A stretch of DNA of 64,000 nt, from assembly GCA_951406725.2 (NCBI GenBank), contig OX597819.1:96534001-96598000 (forward strand), in the 5' to 3' direction. Source of the stretch: Octopus vulgaris (Eukaryota). The notes under the pieces were generated by a model. It had not been told where the DNA came from. It saw nothing but the letters and a program-made list of their open reading frames with translations, and ran no database searches. Made by a program: the position numbers and the translations under genes. Below are positions 29,456 to 43,276 of the stretch, in pieces; the first letter of the stretch is position 1; every line of letters starts with the position of its first letter.

Positions 29456-30010
29456 TTAACAGTTGACATAGTAAATAGCCCCAGTCTATTTTCACAAAGA
29501 CTCTCCTCTAGTCAATTTCCATCTTACCAAAATTTTTCCTCTACTCTTCCTCCTCTCCTTTTCATTTTCTTAATAACTTAACACATTTTCCCACTCCCAT
29601 ATATATATATATATATATATATATATTGCCTCTTACTCGGATTTTCAGAAATTTAGCATGACTGTATACGAAAATTTCTTCATACAACTTGATCAAATAT
29701 TCAATATGAGCTATATGTAGACATGCATAAATTCTATAGGTTTAAAACTTTTCATCGGATCTCCATGAATCGAACTTTCTTCAATGCAGTTAATCTTACA
29801 ACCTCTTTTGTATCTACCCCTTTTGATGTTTGGGAATTCTCTGATATTTTTTCGGCTGACGAGTACGAGCCATCTGTATTCACTGCATTTTTTGTAGCTT
29901 ATTAAAGATGTCCTCGTACGAAACGATCGTACCGAGATTTTAATCCATTCTTGTTGCTTTTTTCCTATTTATAATCACCCCACTTGTCGTATGGTTAACA
30001 CCATATAGAT
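28492..30010 (+). mobile_element. Penelope-like element 3' part: GIY-YIG remnant, long UTR and hammerhead
   Basis: About 28645-28860 reads GTTFKVRESNHYFSFKS..NTSLSRLIHNLK..YNLK*..HAKSYN..NKCDLCMAD; hammerhead downstream at 29852. Confidence 0.75.
29852..29935 (+). ncRNA. type I hammerhead ribozyme
   Basis: tcgg-CTGACGA-gtacgag..ctcgtac-GAAA-cgatcg-TA-ccga: 4-bp stem I, 7-bp stem II, palindromic stem III, GUA site. Confidence 0.88.
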
Positions 30011-30094
30011 ATCCGGTGCATCCTAGTTAAGGACCATATTCATGTGAATTCTTTAGAATTCTTTAGAATTCACTAGAATCTCAATTACTTAACC

Positions 30095-30148
<54 letters not shown>

Positions 30149-30189
30149 ATTTTGTTCTCTCACTCCGTGCTTTCCATTCATTTTCGATC

Positions 30190-30590
30190 AAATCTCTGCA
30201 AGTTAACTTGGATCCCTTGGCGATAATGTAACCTTCATCTAACTAAGGTATCTTCGGCCTCATGAGTAGCTTAGTGGAGTAACCCTCCTTCAACAATCAC
30301 TACTTCCGAGGTTCTGCTAGCTAGGAAACATATGCAGTCTTGATTTTACCTGCTCCAATCCCTAAATTTTGTATTTTTATTCATATACATAGCAACCCTA
30401 GCTGCTAAACGTGAACTATAGAATAACTTTTATCAGCTTATCGAACTTCGATATGGGAAAAAGTTATAACCTTCTACGCGAATAAACATCTTTTGTTCCT
30501 GAAAGTTGTTTTTTTATACCTTTTACGAATTGCTCGGAGCTTACTAACTTCCTATACCTGGATCCTTGGATCTTACACTCACATGTCATT
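30190..30590 (-). mobile_element. inverted PLE fragment related to the element starting at 28492
   Basis: 30242-30331 is a diverged reverse complement of 28492-28576. Confidence 0.7.
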
Positions 30591-30670
30591 ATACATATAT
30601 ATATATATATAGATATATATACACACACACACACACATATACATATATATACACATATATACATACATAC

Positions 30671-30709
<39 letters not shown>

Positions 30710-30760
30710 TATATACACACACACACACATATATATATATACACATATATACATACATAC

Positions 30761-30827
<67 letters not shown>

Positions 30828-31065
30828 TATATATACATATATACACGTACGTATATATATGTATGTATATATGTATGTATACATGTATGATGTACGTGTA
30901 TATTTGTATATATTATCTGCATAAACTGCAAGAATATCACGTGGCCGGCACATACGCATCAAGTCTGATATTCACTTAATATTGTTGGATGTGCATGTTA
31001 TTCTGATCTAACAAGATGCCTCAATTTAAGTACCTTATAGTGATGTTGGTTTTATCCATGCTGGT

Positions 31066-31498
31066 TGTAACATTGGCTTAATGACACACTATCATTTAGT
31101 TAGTATGAAGGAGAAGGAAGTTACTGTATCTGCTCATAACAACAAGACTATAGAATACACGAGGCGCTTGTATTAAGTTATAACTTTTATTATTGGAGAT
31201 AATACGTTTACATACAAGGTTAGTTGAAAGAGGTTTATAACATTACATGAATGTGTTCTGTCTGCAGTCACATGTCTCCAAGTAAGAAAGGCGAACGAGT
31301 GGGCTAAAGTGCGGCGGTTTGATCCGGTACACGGTGAAGAATCAACATGCAATGAACGGGGCGAATTTGAATTTCTTTCCTTTATATAGGGATGGACCGG
31401 AAGTCCCAGACTTCCGCGTAAAACTGGAATGTCTAGAAGTATCTCGAACATTCTAGAAGCTCGAGGGAGATTACTCTCGTTACATCCCTTTTCCGTTT
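31066..31498 (-). mobile_element. probable 3' LTR of an LTR retrotransposon with polypurine tract
   Basis: Minus strand: AAACGGAAAAGGGA then TGTAAC (31484), TATATAAA, AATAAA, ending GTTACA (31066). The left boundary is uncertain and no TSD was seen. Confidence 0.55.
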
Positions 31499-31587
31499 AG
31501 TTTGTCGTCGTAACAACCAGGGCTCACTACAACCTAATTCAATTGAATCATAAGTGTATTATATATATATATATATATATGTGTGTA

Positions 31588-31625
31588 TCTTTCTGTTGAA
31601 TAGCGTAGGCTCGAAACGTTAAAGA
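31588..31625 (+). ncRNA. minimal hammerhead motif, A6U core variant
   Basis: tcttt-CTGTTGA-atagcgtaggctc-GAAAC-GTT-aaaga; stem I tcttt/aaaga. Confidence 0.6.
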
Positions 31626-32352
31626 CTTGTTTTATTTATATTTCCTGAGCGCCATACTAATACAATTGTTTGTTTGTTTCCCACCTGCCTTCGTCTTTTG
31701 TCTATTTTCATAAAGCTTCCCGTTATATATATATATATGTGTGTGTGTATATATGCATATATGCATATATACATACATACACACGCACCCCACACACACA
31801 CGCACCGCCCCACACGCACACATTGGTCAACGAACTTGTTTGAATAAGCCGATGGATGAAACTTAAAGTTCTAGTCTACTTAATCTTCACAATGACTTGA
31901 CGCCACTCCCTTTAGAATCACATCATCAGGAAATGTTCCTTTGTTGTTCATGAACTTGGTTTAAAATAATCTTATTTTAACATTTATATATACGAAAATA
32001 TTTTAACAGTTTCATATAGGTACGTGTGTGTGTATGAGTGTCTTTATTAATGAGAAAGTAAGGAAGAGAGTGTATATGAGTGTGTATGTGTGTGAGAGCG
32101 AATATGTACACATTTACAACTCTATATGCTGTTACTTAATAAATAAATGGTTTAATGTTTGTGTTGTAATATATACAAAGGTCCCTTCCGATCTCATAAG
32201 GCTCTCCGGATCATGTAGTATATATATATATTTATACATAGAAATTCGGGGTGAGTACTTGATAATTATAAGCACCTGTGTATACCGTTTGGTGGTGTAG
32301 GTGGTGGAGTAAATTGATCAAAATAAAATAAAAACATGATGCGAAGGATTCA

Positions 32353-32430
32353 GCGGTACATATGTTTCGGGCCTTTATTAGACAGATTTATAACAATGCA
32401 TAATGTATGTCTGTGGCCTTCTTCAGCCGC
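32353..32430 (-). ncRNA. type I hammerhead ribozyme
   Basis: Minus strand: gcgg-CTGAAGA-aggcc..ggccc-GAAA-catatg-TA-ccgc. Confidence 0.85.
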
Positions 32431-32564
32431 GCACAACAGCTTCCGCAAGGACATGTGTTACATCAAAAATTCTTGGTTGGGGATGCAAATCCTCTCATCC
32501 ACGTACGACATAATGCAGCAGCAGCATAGAATTGAAGCGTCCATCTCTTATATATATATATACT

Positions 32565-32749
32565 CACCTCCACCCTGAACAGACGCCGGTCCGTCGCAGG
32601 ATTACTCACTCTTGCCAGCTGAGTAGACTGGTGTAACTTGAACTGAAGTGTTTTGCTCAAGAACACAACGCCCACCTGGTCTAGGAATCGAAATCACAAT
32701 CTTGCGATTATGAGTGCTACACCCTAACCACTGAGCCAGGCGCCTCCAC
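32565..32749 (-). mobile_element. tRNA-derived SINE family D (CORE-like body)
   Basis: TGGCTCAGTGG A box, TTTCGATTCC B box, TTGTGTTCTTGAGCAAAACACTT..CTACTCAGCTG body. Confidence 0.85.
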
Positions 32750-33391
32750 AGTGTATATTTACTGTTGCTTATACAGGGATTTATGTATCTGTAATGTGTT
32801 TATACACCGATATAAGTCTCTGTGTATGGTCTTTATTCACTCTGCACATATATGTATGTAAAACGTTTATACCCTGGGATGTGTCCGTATGTATGATGTT
32901 TATACATTGTCTATGTTTATGTATAGTATTGATACACTGATGTATTTTATGCATGTATGGTATTTATATATTGGAGTATGTATTTGCGTGTGTGTGGCGT
33001 TTACCTACAGCGATATTTTAAAGTCGACGTGTGCTTTTACACATATTTATGAATGTGTGTAAGAATTTTTACACGTTTACCTCCCTAGACATGATATTGA
33101 GTAGAAATATATGTCTACATTGGAAATTTTACACGGAAATCAGTATACGTGCGTGCCTGTTAGTATGTATGTATGTATGTATGTATGTATGTATGTATGT
33201 ATGTATGTATGTATGTATGTATGTATGTATGTTTGTATATGCCTGCGTGTGTTTTCACAAAATTGAGTACAGTTAGACAAACAAGATGATAGATAGTTAA
33301 ATCGAGGGACCTATAGAGAAACTGATAAATTAACAGGTAGGCAGAAAAACTGAGAGATAGCTGGTTAACTGGTTTGCTAGCTACCTAAATC

Positions 33392-33481
<90 letters not shown>

Positions 33482-33950
33482 CATTTAGAGGGTAGACAGA
33501 CATATAGGCAGACAAATAGATAAATAGGTAGATAAGCTGAAAAATTGATAGGGGAAAATAGATATATAGACTTATAGAGAGATGACAGTAAGATGCATTG
33601 ACAGTTTTTATTCAGAAATATATACAATGAAAATCAATTGTATCATAAATAGATGTCCCCAGCTGGTTTTATTGATATTTCTGAGTAACATGAAGGTGAG
33701 GGTATAATCTGTTAGGTGGGTGTGGGAGTAACTAAAAAGTTAAATAAATAAATAAAGTAGTAAATAAGTAAATCAATAACGAAATGAATGGATGGAACTT
33801 TTGTGTTCCAATTTTACCGCGGGAAAATCCAGAATAAACGTTGAATGGGATGAAAATAGAATGGTTTCGTTTGGCTGTCTTTCTGCAGACAGTAAACAGC
33901 TCTTTCTGTTTGTCTGACTGTCTGCTTGTCTTTTTCTGTCTGTCTCTCTG

Positions 33951-34007
<57 letters not shown>

Positions 34008-34921
34008 TTCTCTCTCTCTCTCCCTCCTTTTCTTTATTTCTCTCTCTTCCTTTTCCTGTGCTACTGCATTCAACCATTGGACATTTTCGTGATCAACAGT
34101 CATACAAAGATTAATAAAGGATCTTCGCCGACGTCGTCGTCTTCATCACAGCCGTTGTTGTCATCATTGACATCGTTGCCATCGCCGCCGCTGTCATTGT
34201 CATCATCAACATCATCGTCCTCATCATCATCATCATCATTATCATCTGTCGACTGCAACTGAAGGCAGGTAGTTATACCTCTTTATTTCATCAAATTTGC
34301 CATAAAGGCATTACCTCTTAATTATCTATCTTTGTCAAGTATGGTGGCTGTCATTCTATCCTCATATCCCATTTTATCGTTAGCGTCGTAAGTTCATCAG
34401 CAATCACAGCCTCATTATCTTTCATCAGAATCTTGATCATTCGTTTGGAAAGATGGCTTAAGTTCTTTCTCCTATGTTTCTGGCTATTCCGAATGGCAGG
34501 CAATTCCGAGTATTTTAGACTAGAGCCGCCTTCACCAAGAATTTCTCATTGGCCATTTTCTGCAGTCAGCTGACATTGAAAGCCATCTAAATCCGCATTC
34601 TTTCGGAAATTACGTTATCTATATTATTACCCCGTTAGTTAACTCCACCCCCACGCGACACAATACTAGCCATCCCCTCTTAATACCCTACTCACATATA
34701 TTAATGGCACCAACTGGAACGTCTACTTATAGTGGTTTATTGTTTCAGACTTGAGGTCTTCGTTTTATTTTTAGCGGCGGGGAAGAGAGTCAGTTGATAA
34801 GATCTCAAAAGTTCAAAATAATATGTTGAATTAAGAGATTTCGAAGTAGATTTTCTTACTCCGTTACTAGTCGTAGTTTTTCACGTAGTGTATGTTCGTT
34901 TAAGGACAAAAAAGTTCTTGT

Positions 34922-34996
<75 letters not shown>

Positions 34997-35946
34997 ACAT
35001 ACATGCTTACGTTGTGTGTGTTCGTTTAAGGGACAAAAATGTTCTTATATATGCACACACACACATGCATGCACGCACGCGCACACACACGCGAACACAC
35101 ACGCGCATACATACATACATGCATACATACATACATACACACACATATGTATGTATGCATGTATGTACGTATGTATGTGTGTATGTATGTATGTATGTAT
35201 GTATGTATGTATGTATGTATGTATGTATGTATGTATGTATGTATGCAAATATGCATGTAATGTAGATAAAAATAATATCCCTTTTTCAACTTGAGAAAAA
35301 TCTCGCTTACTTTGCTATTGTGTTTACAGATTGTACCTGCAATGTGCATTTCCAGATTGACACTAAAAAACGAAGTACAACCTTTATTATTTTGGTATAA
35401 ATGTGAATTTAAAATCTGGTTTTGTATGTATGAATACAATTTTAATCTTCTAAAGTTTTAAAAATATTACTCTACAAACAGAAACACAAAAATGGATAGA
35501 ATTATAGTTGCAACTATAATTTTACCCCAAAATGAATTAAAAAAACAACGCTTTCTCTGAAAATGTGTGCGTGCGTACGCGATGGTGTTTAAATTATTAT
35601 CATGTTACTATCTTTACTGGGTGGCGACATTAATTTAAGAACATGACAGATTTTAATGTCTATTCGTTAAAAAAGTGAACTTTCTTTCTGAATTTAATAG
35701 AAAAATAGAAAGATAAGACAATATTTTTTGGTAAGCTGTAATAATAATGAGCTTAAATTCAATTGGTTTGGAATATTGTTTGGGAATATTAATGTAGAGT
35801 CAGGAGTGATTAACAAAAGATGGAGAGCTTTTATCAAAATTTCTTCATATACCGTGTTAGTCGGTATATAACGCACTCTCACAAGACAAACCCCTATTTT
35901 TTGTGGGGAAAAGCATATTTCGCGAAAAAAAAAAACAAAACAAATA

Positions 35947-36078
35947 TTAGGTTGTCCCAAAAGTTCGTAAACACTTGCGAAAAAGGTAACTATAACAATA
36001 TAAACCCAAACAAACAATTAAAAATTGCATAAAAATTCAAATTTTCGCAAGTGTTTACGAACTTTTGGGACAACCTTA
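35947..36078. mobile_element. mariner-type MITE
   Basis: 37-bp TIR TTAGGTTGTCCCAAAAGTTCGTAAACACTTGCGAAAA (1 mismatch), TA on both sides. Confidence 0.93.
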
Positions 36079-36829
36079 TATAATATTTAATTCTACACTC
36101 ATACACTCGATATCCCATCCCTAATTTGGTAGCATAAAAAAACGCGTCATAAACATCGGCATATGCGATATGTCGATCATCATTTGTTCCGAAACTTATT
36201 ACAAATTTCGAAATATTAAGAATATTTTGTAATTATTACACGGTTTCTTAAAGGAAATTACATTTCGAGACTTTGTCATAGCTTAGGAATCATAAGTTGT
36301 TTAACTCATTTGTAAGGGTCATTCCAAAAACAACACTCTTCGAAATAAATCGCGCTGAATTCTTTACGTCGCCATGAAATTGAAATGTATATCTCTCTGG
36401 CACAACAATAAAATAAATGACCACTTAGAGAAGGTGGTTTCGATATCCACCCGATCTTAGAAGATCTGCAAGTACCATGGGTAAAGTATCCCGTTCCTCC
36501 ATAACAAACCAAAAAGAATGTATATAAAAAAAGATTTTTTAAAATTATTTTAAATTTCGTATGGGACCATGAACCCAGTATGGTTCATTGATTATATCCA
36601 CAAAAGTCATCTGTATGGTTTTTATCTACCACATTATTAGGTACTCATACTCGATCCGAGCTTAGGGCAGAAGACACTAGCTCAAGGCGATACACAGCGG
36701 AATTGAATCGAGTTATGAAGTGAACCCAGTAAATGTGAGGGTCGCATTCGACAGTAAAGTTCATATATTTAAGGGCCACAATGCATCAAATAAATTTGGA
36801 TAATGCCTTTAAATTCTGAATGGCATATA

Positions 36830-37835
36830 ATACCATTACTGCATACCATTACTGCCATAAATTCAAGAGTTGTATCCATCATCAGATACATCACCGGAAC
36901 AATCAAATGGACAAAGGAATACATTGAGAACGTAGTTAGCAAGACAAAGAGATTGCTGATGGTCTACAGTACCTTACTTCCACAGGCAGATATTGACAGA
37001 TTGTATTTCAACAGAAAGAGTGGGAAAGAGGATTGATAAATGTAAATGACTGAGTGAAAGTAGAAATAGAGTAAATTAAGAAAATACCTTGTCGGCAGCG
37101 AAGAGGCACTTTTATTAGCTGTAACTGAAGGAAGAGAAAAAGTGAAGTTCTTGGAGTTAGAAAGCAGTGATACGATCAGAAATGTTTACACGTGGAAGTC
37201 ATTTCACTGGTTAAAGAAGAAAGTGTTAATGAGACACTGAGAACTTGATCCTAGCTTTGCATGATCAAGTAATCAAAAGATATATCAGGAAGAACATAGT
37301 TAAGGAAGACATCTCAGCTTATTATATAGCATCCATAGTGAAAGAGAAAAGGCGGTTCCACATATAATCTCTGAATGTAAAATGCTTGTTCAGAGGATGT
37401 ATAAGAACTGAAGACACAACAAAGTTGCTATAATCATGCATTAGCAAAGAAATATGGATTTAAACATATGGAAGAATGGTATAATCGCAAAGTATATCAT
37501 TGAAAATGCTTACGTAAAGGTACACTGGAATATATAAAATCAAACAGGTTTTCTCTTCCACACATTGTCGTACACAAAGAGGAGTGTGCTGCTTAACCAA
37601 TATTTCGTACCTTTTCGGTTCAAAAGTTGTAGAAAAACAACATGAGAAGTTAGAAAAATACCTTGACCAAAAATAAAAACTGATAAGAATCCGGAATTGC
37701 CGTAAAGTTTATAATTGACACAGTTGTTGGGAAAATTTGCAAGAATTTCAAATTGTTGGTTGAAGATGCTGGATATCGAGATGAATTTCCTGACTCTAGA
37801 GAAAGCCTGCTTGTTTGGCACAACTAAATGCATAT
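36830..37835 (+). pseudogene. decayed R4/Dong-type non-LTR retrotransposon 3' half
   Basis: TITAINSRVVSIIRY..GTIKWTKE..KTKRLL..PQADIDRLYFNRKSG, later HIISECK and terminal LEKACLFGT. Confidence 0.82.
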
Positions 37836-38804
37836 AGCTAAGAATGCAGGATACAACTTAATATCTAGCAATAGTTAATACCGTTAGGCCTACAACAAAA
37901 TGGTGATTGAACGAAAATGTTTTCCTATAAATATATTCTATAGATTTATAGCAACAGTACTGTATCTTTATAAATATAGAACTGTCTTGATTTGTACTAA
38001 CAAACAGCAAATCGATTTTAAAGGCTTTCTGTTAGAATTTGATATAAATTGCCATTTGAAAAACTGATTGTTAAGCATTATTGAAGCAATTTGTTCATAT
38101 CTAATATTAGATCCAAAGAGTTGAACTACGAATACATAACTAGGATTTATTCAGATATCCTATTATATATGAGAAATACGTAATTTTAAAATCTATTTTT
38201 TAAAAATTAGATATCTTTATTCAATAGGATTAATTAAAATAATCAACCAGTGATTTCTGAAATCAGTTTCTTCAGCACAGACAGCTGCGTATACGAAGCT
38301 GTTTGCTGGAAATCAAGTCTTGAAGATTACTAACATACTAACATGAATATGTGGCTGTAGGAAACGAGATTTCTTTAATTATATTTCTAGCAGAACAGAA
38401 TAGATGTCGCTTCAAAATCATTGCCATTCAGTTTGATTGAGTCATGCCTTTATATTTGATTTTTTTCCAAAGTAGAAATGTTCTCTTCAATAAATGCTGA
38501 CATTGTATTGTGGCTATAATTATCAATTCTAATTAGTTTTCTACTTAAGTAGCCATACTACAGTTGTGGAATTTGGTATCTGGGACGATGGTTACTAGCA
38601 TTTTAGACGCCATTATTGATACTCCAGAGATTCGTTCAGTGAAAGAAAATAAATTTTTTGAGTTATTTATAAAACGTTCACTCAAAATAGAACCTGCAAT
38701 TCTTACAGCACACCTCGTGTGTCAGTACGCGCGAGCACGATTCTGTGTGTGGGTGTGTGTGTATGTGCTTCCGTGTACGTATGTATGTATGGATATATGT
38801 TTGT

Positions 38805-38906
<102 letters not shown>

Positions 38907-39002
38907 GTGTATGGATATCGCAAATATGTATGTGTGTGTGTGTATGTGTGCGTGCGTGTATGTACGTGTGTATGTTGTGTATGCATACACACACATATAT
39001 AC

Positions 39003-39062
<60 letters not shown>

Positions 39063-39400
39063 AACTTCTTCAACTAATACTTGTGTCTTACTTGCTACTT
39101 CTCCACTATGTAATAATTGATACATGTTGCAGCACTTTTATCTCAGTATTATAAATTAACAAAACACTTGTGAATTGTACAAAGAGCCCACTACTTACTG
39201 TAGATATAAGTAAGATTCAATAACAAAATAAAGTAAAATCTGTTAGATCCTCCTAGTTTATTTTAGATCCTACTAAGAGATCCCTGCCGCAACATTTACT
39301 CATCCATCATGAATCCCTTCTATTCACTATACATCTTCCATATCAATTGTTTCTCTAAGAGACTCAGTTCAGACTTGTATTTATGTTCACAACAAATACC

Positions 39401-39631
39401 TATTTCTTTATTACCCACAAGGGGCTAAACATAGAGGGGACAAACAGAGCCAGACATAGGTATTAAGTCGATTACATCGACCCCAGTGCGTAACTGGTAC
39501 TTAATTTATCGACCCCGAAAGGATGAAAGGCAAAGTCGACCTCGGCGGAATTTGAACTCACAACGTAACGACAGACGAAATTCCGCTAAGCATTTCACCC
39601 GGCGTGCTAACGATTCTGCCAGCTCGCCGCC
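39401..39631 (-). mobile_element. SINE family B with ~18-bp TSD
   Basis: Flanks TATGTTCACAACAAATACC (39382) and TATGCTCACAACAATACC (39633). Confidence 0.93.
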
Positions 39632-40177
39632 CTATGCTCACAACAATACCATAAGACCTGACTTCAACCGAAAGTGCGTAATAATTTGCACCGCAATCAT
39701 AGAAATACGTTCACTTCCTATAATACCTGGGGAATGTTATTCACAAGCATAACCGGAGCAGTAACTAACTAGGAAGAGAGCAAAACATATAATTCTGAAA
39801 TGTAAAATAATTTATAAGAACTCGGTGTTTTAAAACAAGCTGTGAATTCAAATATTTACCAGGATATCTCTACAAATATTTCTGAATACATTTGACGTAG
39901 CCCATATTATCCTGACAGTACTTCACTTCCTCTGCAACCAAAATTAATAATACTTCTAACTACTTCACATTTAATTTAATTCTCTCCATATACAATGAAT
40001 TTTCTATTCTGCTCTCCTCTGTATTTACAGGTGTTAAAAGACTCGTTGCTTGCTAAAATACAGTACGATAACTGAACAATAGAATTGCTCTTCGCCATTA
40101 GTTACATGTTATGAAAGCTATTGTTATATTGACTTTATATAGCATTTCCTGTTGATATTACAATTGTTCTCGCTTAA

Positions 40178-40705
40178 AGTGGCGAGCTGGCAGAATCATT
40201 AGCACGCTGGGCAAAATACTTAGCGTTATTTCGTCCGTCTTTACGTTCTGAGTCCAAATTCCTCCGAAGTTGATTTTTCCTTTCATTCTTTCGGGGTCGA
40301 TTAAGTTAGTATCAGTTAAGCACTGAGATCGATGTAATCGACTAGCACCTTCCCACACCGTTTTAGGCCTTGTGTCTATAGTAGAAAAGTACTAGTTGAG
40401 CACTAGCGTCGATGTAATCGACCTACCCCTCCTCCAAAATTGCTGGCCTTGTGCCAAAATTTTGAAGCCAATATTACAATTATTCTCAAAGCGGTGAGCT
40501 GGCGGAACCGTTAGCACGCCGGGTAGAAGGCTTAGCGGATTTTTAGTCCGTCTTTACGCTCTAAGTTCAAATAACGCAGAGGTCGACTTTGTCTTTCACC
40601 CTTTCCTCCCTTTCGTGGTCAATAAAAGAAGTACCAGTTGGCACCGGCGTCACTGTAATCAACCTACCCACCTCTGAAATTGTTGATCTCGTGCCAAAAT
40701 TTGAA
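40178..40705 (+). mobile_element. tandem SINE family B copies
   Basis: Two heads (40178, 40490) plus a duplicated 3' half. Confidence 0.85.
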
Positions 40706-40745
40706 ATTAATATTACAGTTGTTCATATTACACTTGTTCATATTA

Positions 40746-40782
<37 letters not shown>

Positions 40783-41598
40783 TGCAGCATCAGCAGTAGC
40801 AACTGTAGCAACAGACTTATTACGAAAGTCGCTTTCTCTAAGAGAAAGTCGCTTCCAGCAATGACTTGACGATCACATTTTTGTTTCTCAGCTAAACTTT
40901 ACCCCGAGCTACATTATCGAATTTTTCCCAATTTCTAAGACGGTTTAAAGCTAAACTGAGTAAGATTTAACTGCTTTATTTAGTACGTCGAAGGACCACA
41001 TTCAAACTCCCTCAGTTCTTCTTTCTGAGCTATAATTATTGTTGTTACTGGTACGCAGCGTCATTTATAGATGTTGTTGTTGTTTTATTATCGCCCCTTA
41101 TAATTTCTACCTCTCCACACTGACTCGCATCACTGACCTAACACCTAATGCCGGTGTCAAGAGAAGATAATACTCACTGGATTAATTATCCAGCCTGGTT
41201 AATGTTCCTTGATTTTTCCTTTAGAATTTTATTACCATTGTTAAATGTCACAGAACCAGTATTCTTTAATTACCATTTTCAATTGACTTGATTTAACCAC
41301 TTTCAAAATATTTCCATTACACAAATATAGAACTTCTTTCATCTTTTACGTCTTTCTTTTCTTCAATCCTAGCTGCTATGTCGATTTTTAGAATCTAATT
41401 TACATGTTTTCTTTCAGAGAATCAAGCAGAAAATAGAAGAAAGGAAAAGAAGGAAGAAACACTAGAACTTCTAATCAATGCAGCAATCCTCACAGAATTA
41501 GTACACCGTGCACGTGTCGATGGTGTAGCGTTTCCATGAAAAATAAATATGTTCACACTACATTTCTACATCGTGAATGGTGGTGGTGGTGGTGGTGG

Positions 41599-41642
<44 letters not shown>

Positions 41643-41649
41643 GTGGTAG

Positions 41650-41690
<41 letters not shown>

Positions 41691-42374
41691 GTGATGGTGG
41701 TGTTGGTGTTGGTGTTGGCGTTGTTGTTGGTGGTGTGATGGGTGGTGATGATGACGGCGATGATGATGGCGATGATGATGATGATGATGATAATGGTAAT
41801 AATAATGGTAAATATTAATAATAATAGTAACGATTAAGAATAATAGTAATGATAATAATAACAACAACAACAACAATACTAATGATAACGACGACGACGA
41901 CAACGATGATGATGATGATATTTTTCTTACAGAATTAGAAGCTATTTCGATCGTTACTATTTGTTTTTACTTTAATTTTGTTTTATTTCATTTTCAATTT
42001 TCACTTTCTGTCATGCCAGCAAATTACTTCTAGTTTCAATCGATATTGAATTTCGCTGTATTGTTTTCTTCATTTAAAATTTTTTTTATTTATTCATTCA
42101 TTTTTTTTTTTTTACTTTGATTTTAGTTTGACCCTGTTAAGAGATATGACTTCAAGAAAAATATTTAAATTAGAATGCTTCTTGAAAAAAAAAAAAGAGA
42201 AAAGTACTTTCTTTTTCCAAACTGAACATCTGTTAACAAGTCAAGTCTTCTTGCATCTTGTCTAACAAACGAAACGTCGCATTGTTTACTTCTTTAGACT
42301 TTAATATTTCCAAAAATACTGCCTATATGTCTAAATTTTACCCTGACGCACCCGCTCATTATTCTAGAGTCTAT

Positions 42375-42785
42375 AATGGCGTGGAGCTGGTAGAACAGTT
42401 AGAACGGCGGTCAAAATACCTGGTGCCATTTCTTCTGACTTGACGTTTTAAGTTCAAATTCCGCCATGGTCAGCTTTACCTTTCTCCTATTCGGAGGTCG
42501 ACAGAATAAGCTACCAGACCTTGTCCTATAGTAGAAAAATTTCAGAGTCTAGAGTTATCTGTGTGTCAGATACTCCTTTTTGCAGGAAGCACAAGGCCTC
42601 AAATTTGTGGGATGGGGGACTAGTCGATTATATCGACCCTAGTGTTTCACTGGTATGTAATTTATCGACCCCGAAAGGATGAAAGGCAAAGTCGACCTCG
42701 GCGGAATTTCAACATAGAACGTAGCGACAGTCGAAATACCGCTAAGTATTTCGTCCAGCTCGCTAACGATTCTGCCAGCTCGCCT
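42375..42785. mobile_element. two SINE family B copies (42375-42540 +, 42585-42785 -)
   Basis: Family B motifs; the second copy is flanked by TGTGTCAGATA repeats. Confidence 0.85.
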
Positions 42786-43276
42786 TTATGTGTCAGATAA
42801 TAGTAGCACCTTTATCTGATTCTAGACGAAAGTTATCTGCAGGCATACGGGAAGACCCAGCGAGCGTAGCTGCTTCCGTTAGAAATATTAAACAAATCTC
42901 CCTTAAATCCAACCCTGTCTTAAAAACATAAAAATACATTAAATAATGTAGTTCTACTATGTCTGAAATATAAACGAGATGGTCACAGCTGAAAGGTTTT
43001 TTTAATCACAGTACTGCCACATAGCACTAATCAATGTACTGCCAGGGAAGTTAAGGCCCTCACAGCGAGTGAGGGCACTATATTGGCAAGCCAGTTCGCT
43101 TGAAATTAAAGCTCATCCATAGTCCTATTCCATCATCATCATCAGCAACAACAACAACAGCAGCATCAGCAGCCGCAGCAGCATCAGCAACAATAACAAA
43201 AGCTACATCACAGCATACAGTTTGGTCCTCTATTAGGTGAGGATACATCTGTTATAATAATTACTACTATCATTAG

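Noticed and set aside
41545-41920. Poly-Asp/Gly or poly-His ORF
   Set aside because: Pure (GAT/GGT)n microsatellite like many others in the window.
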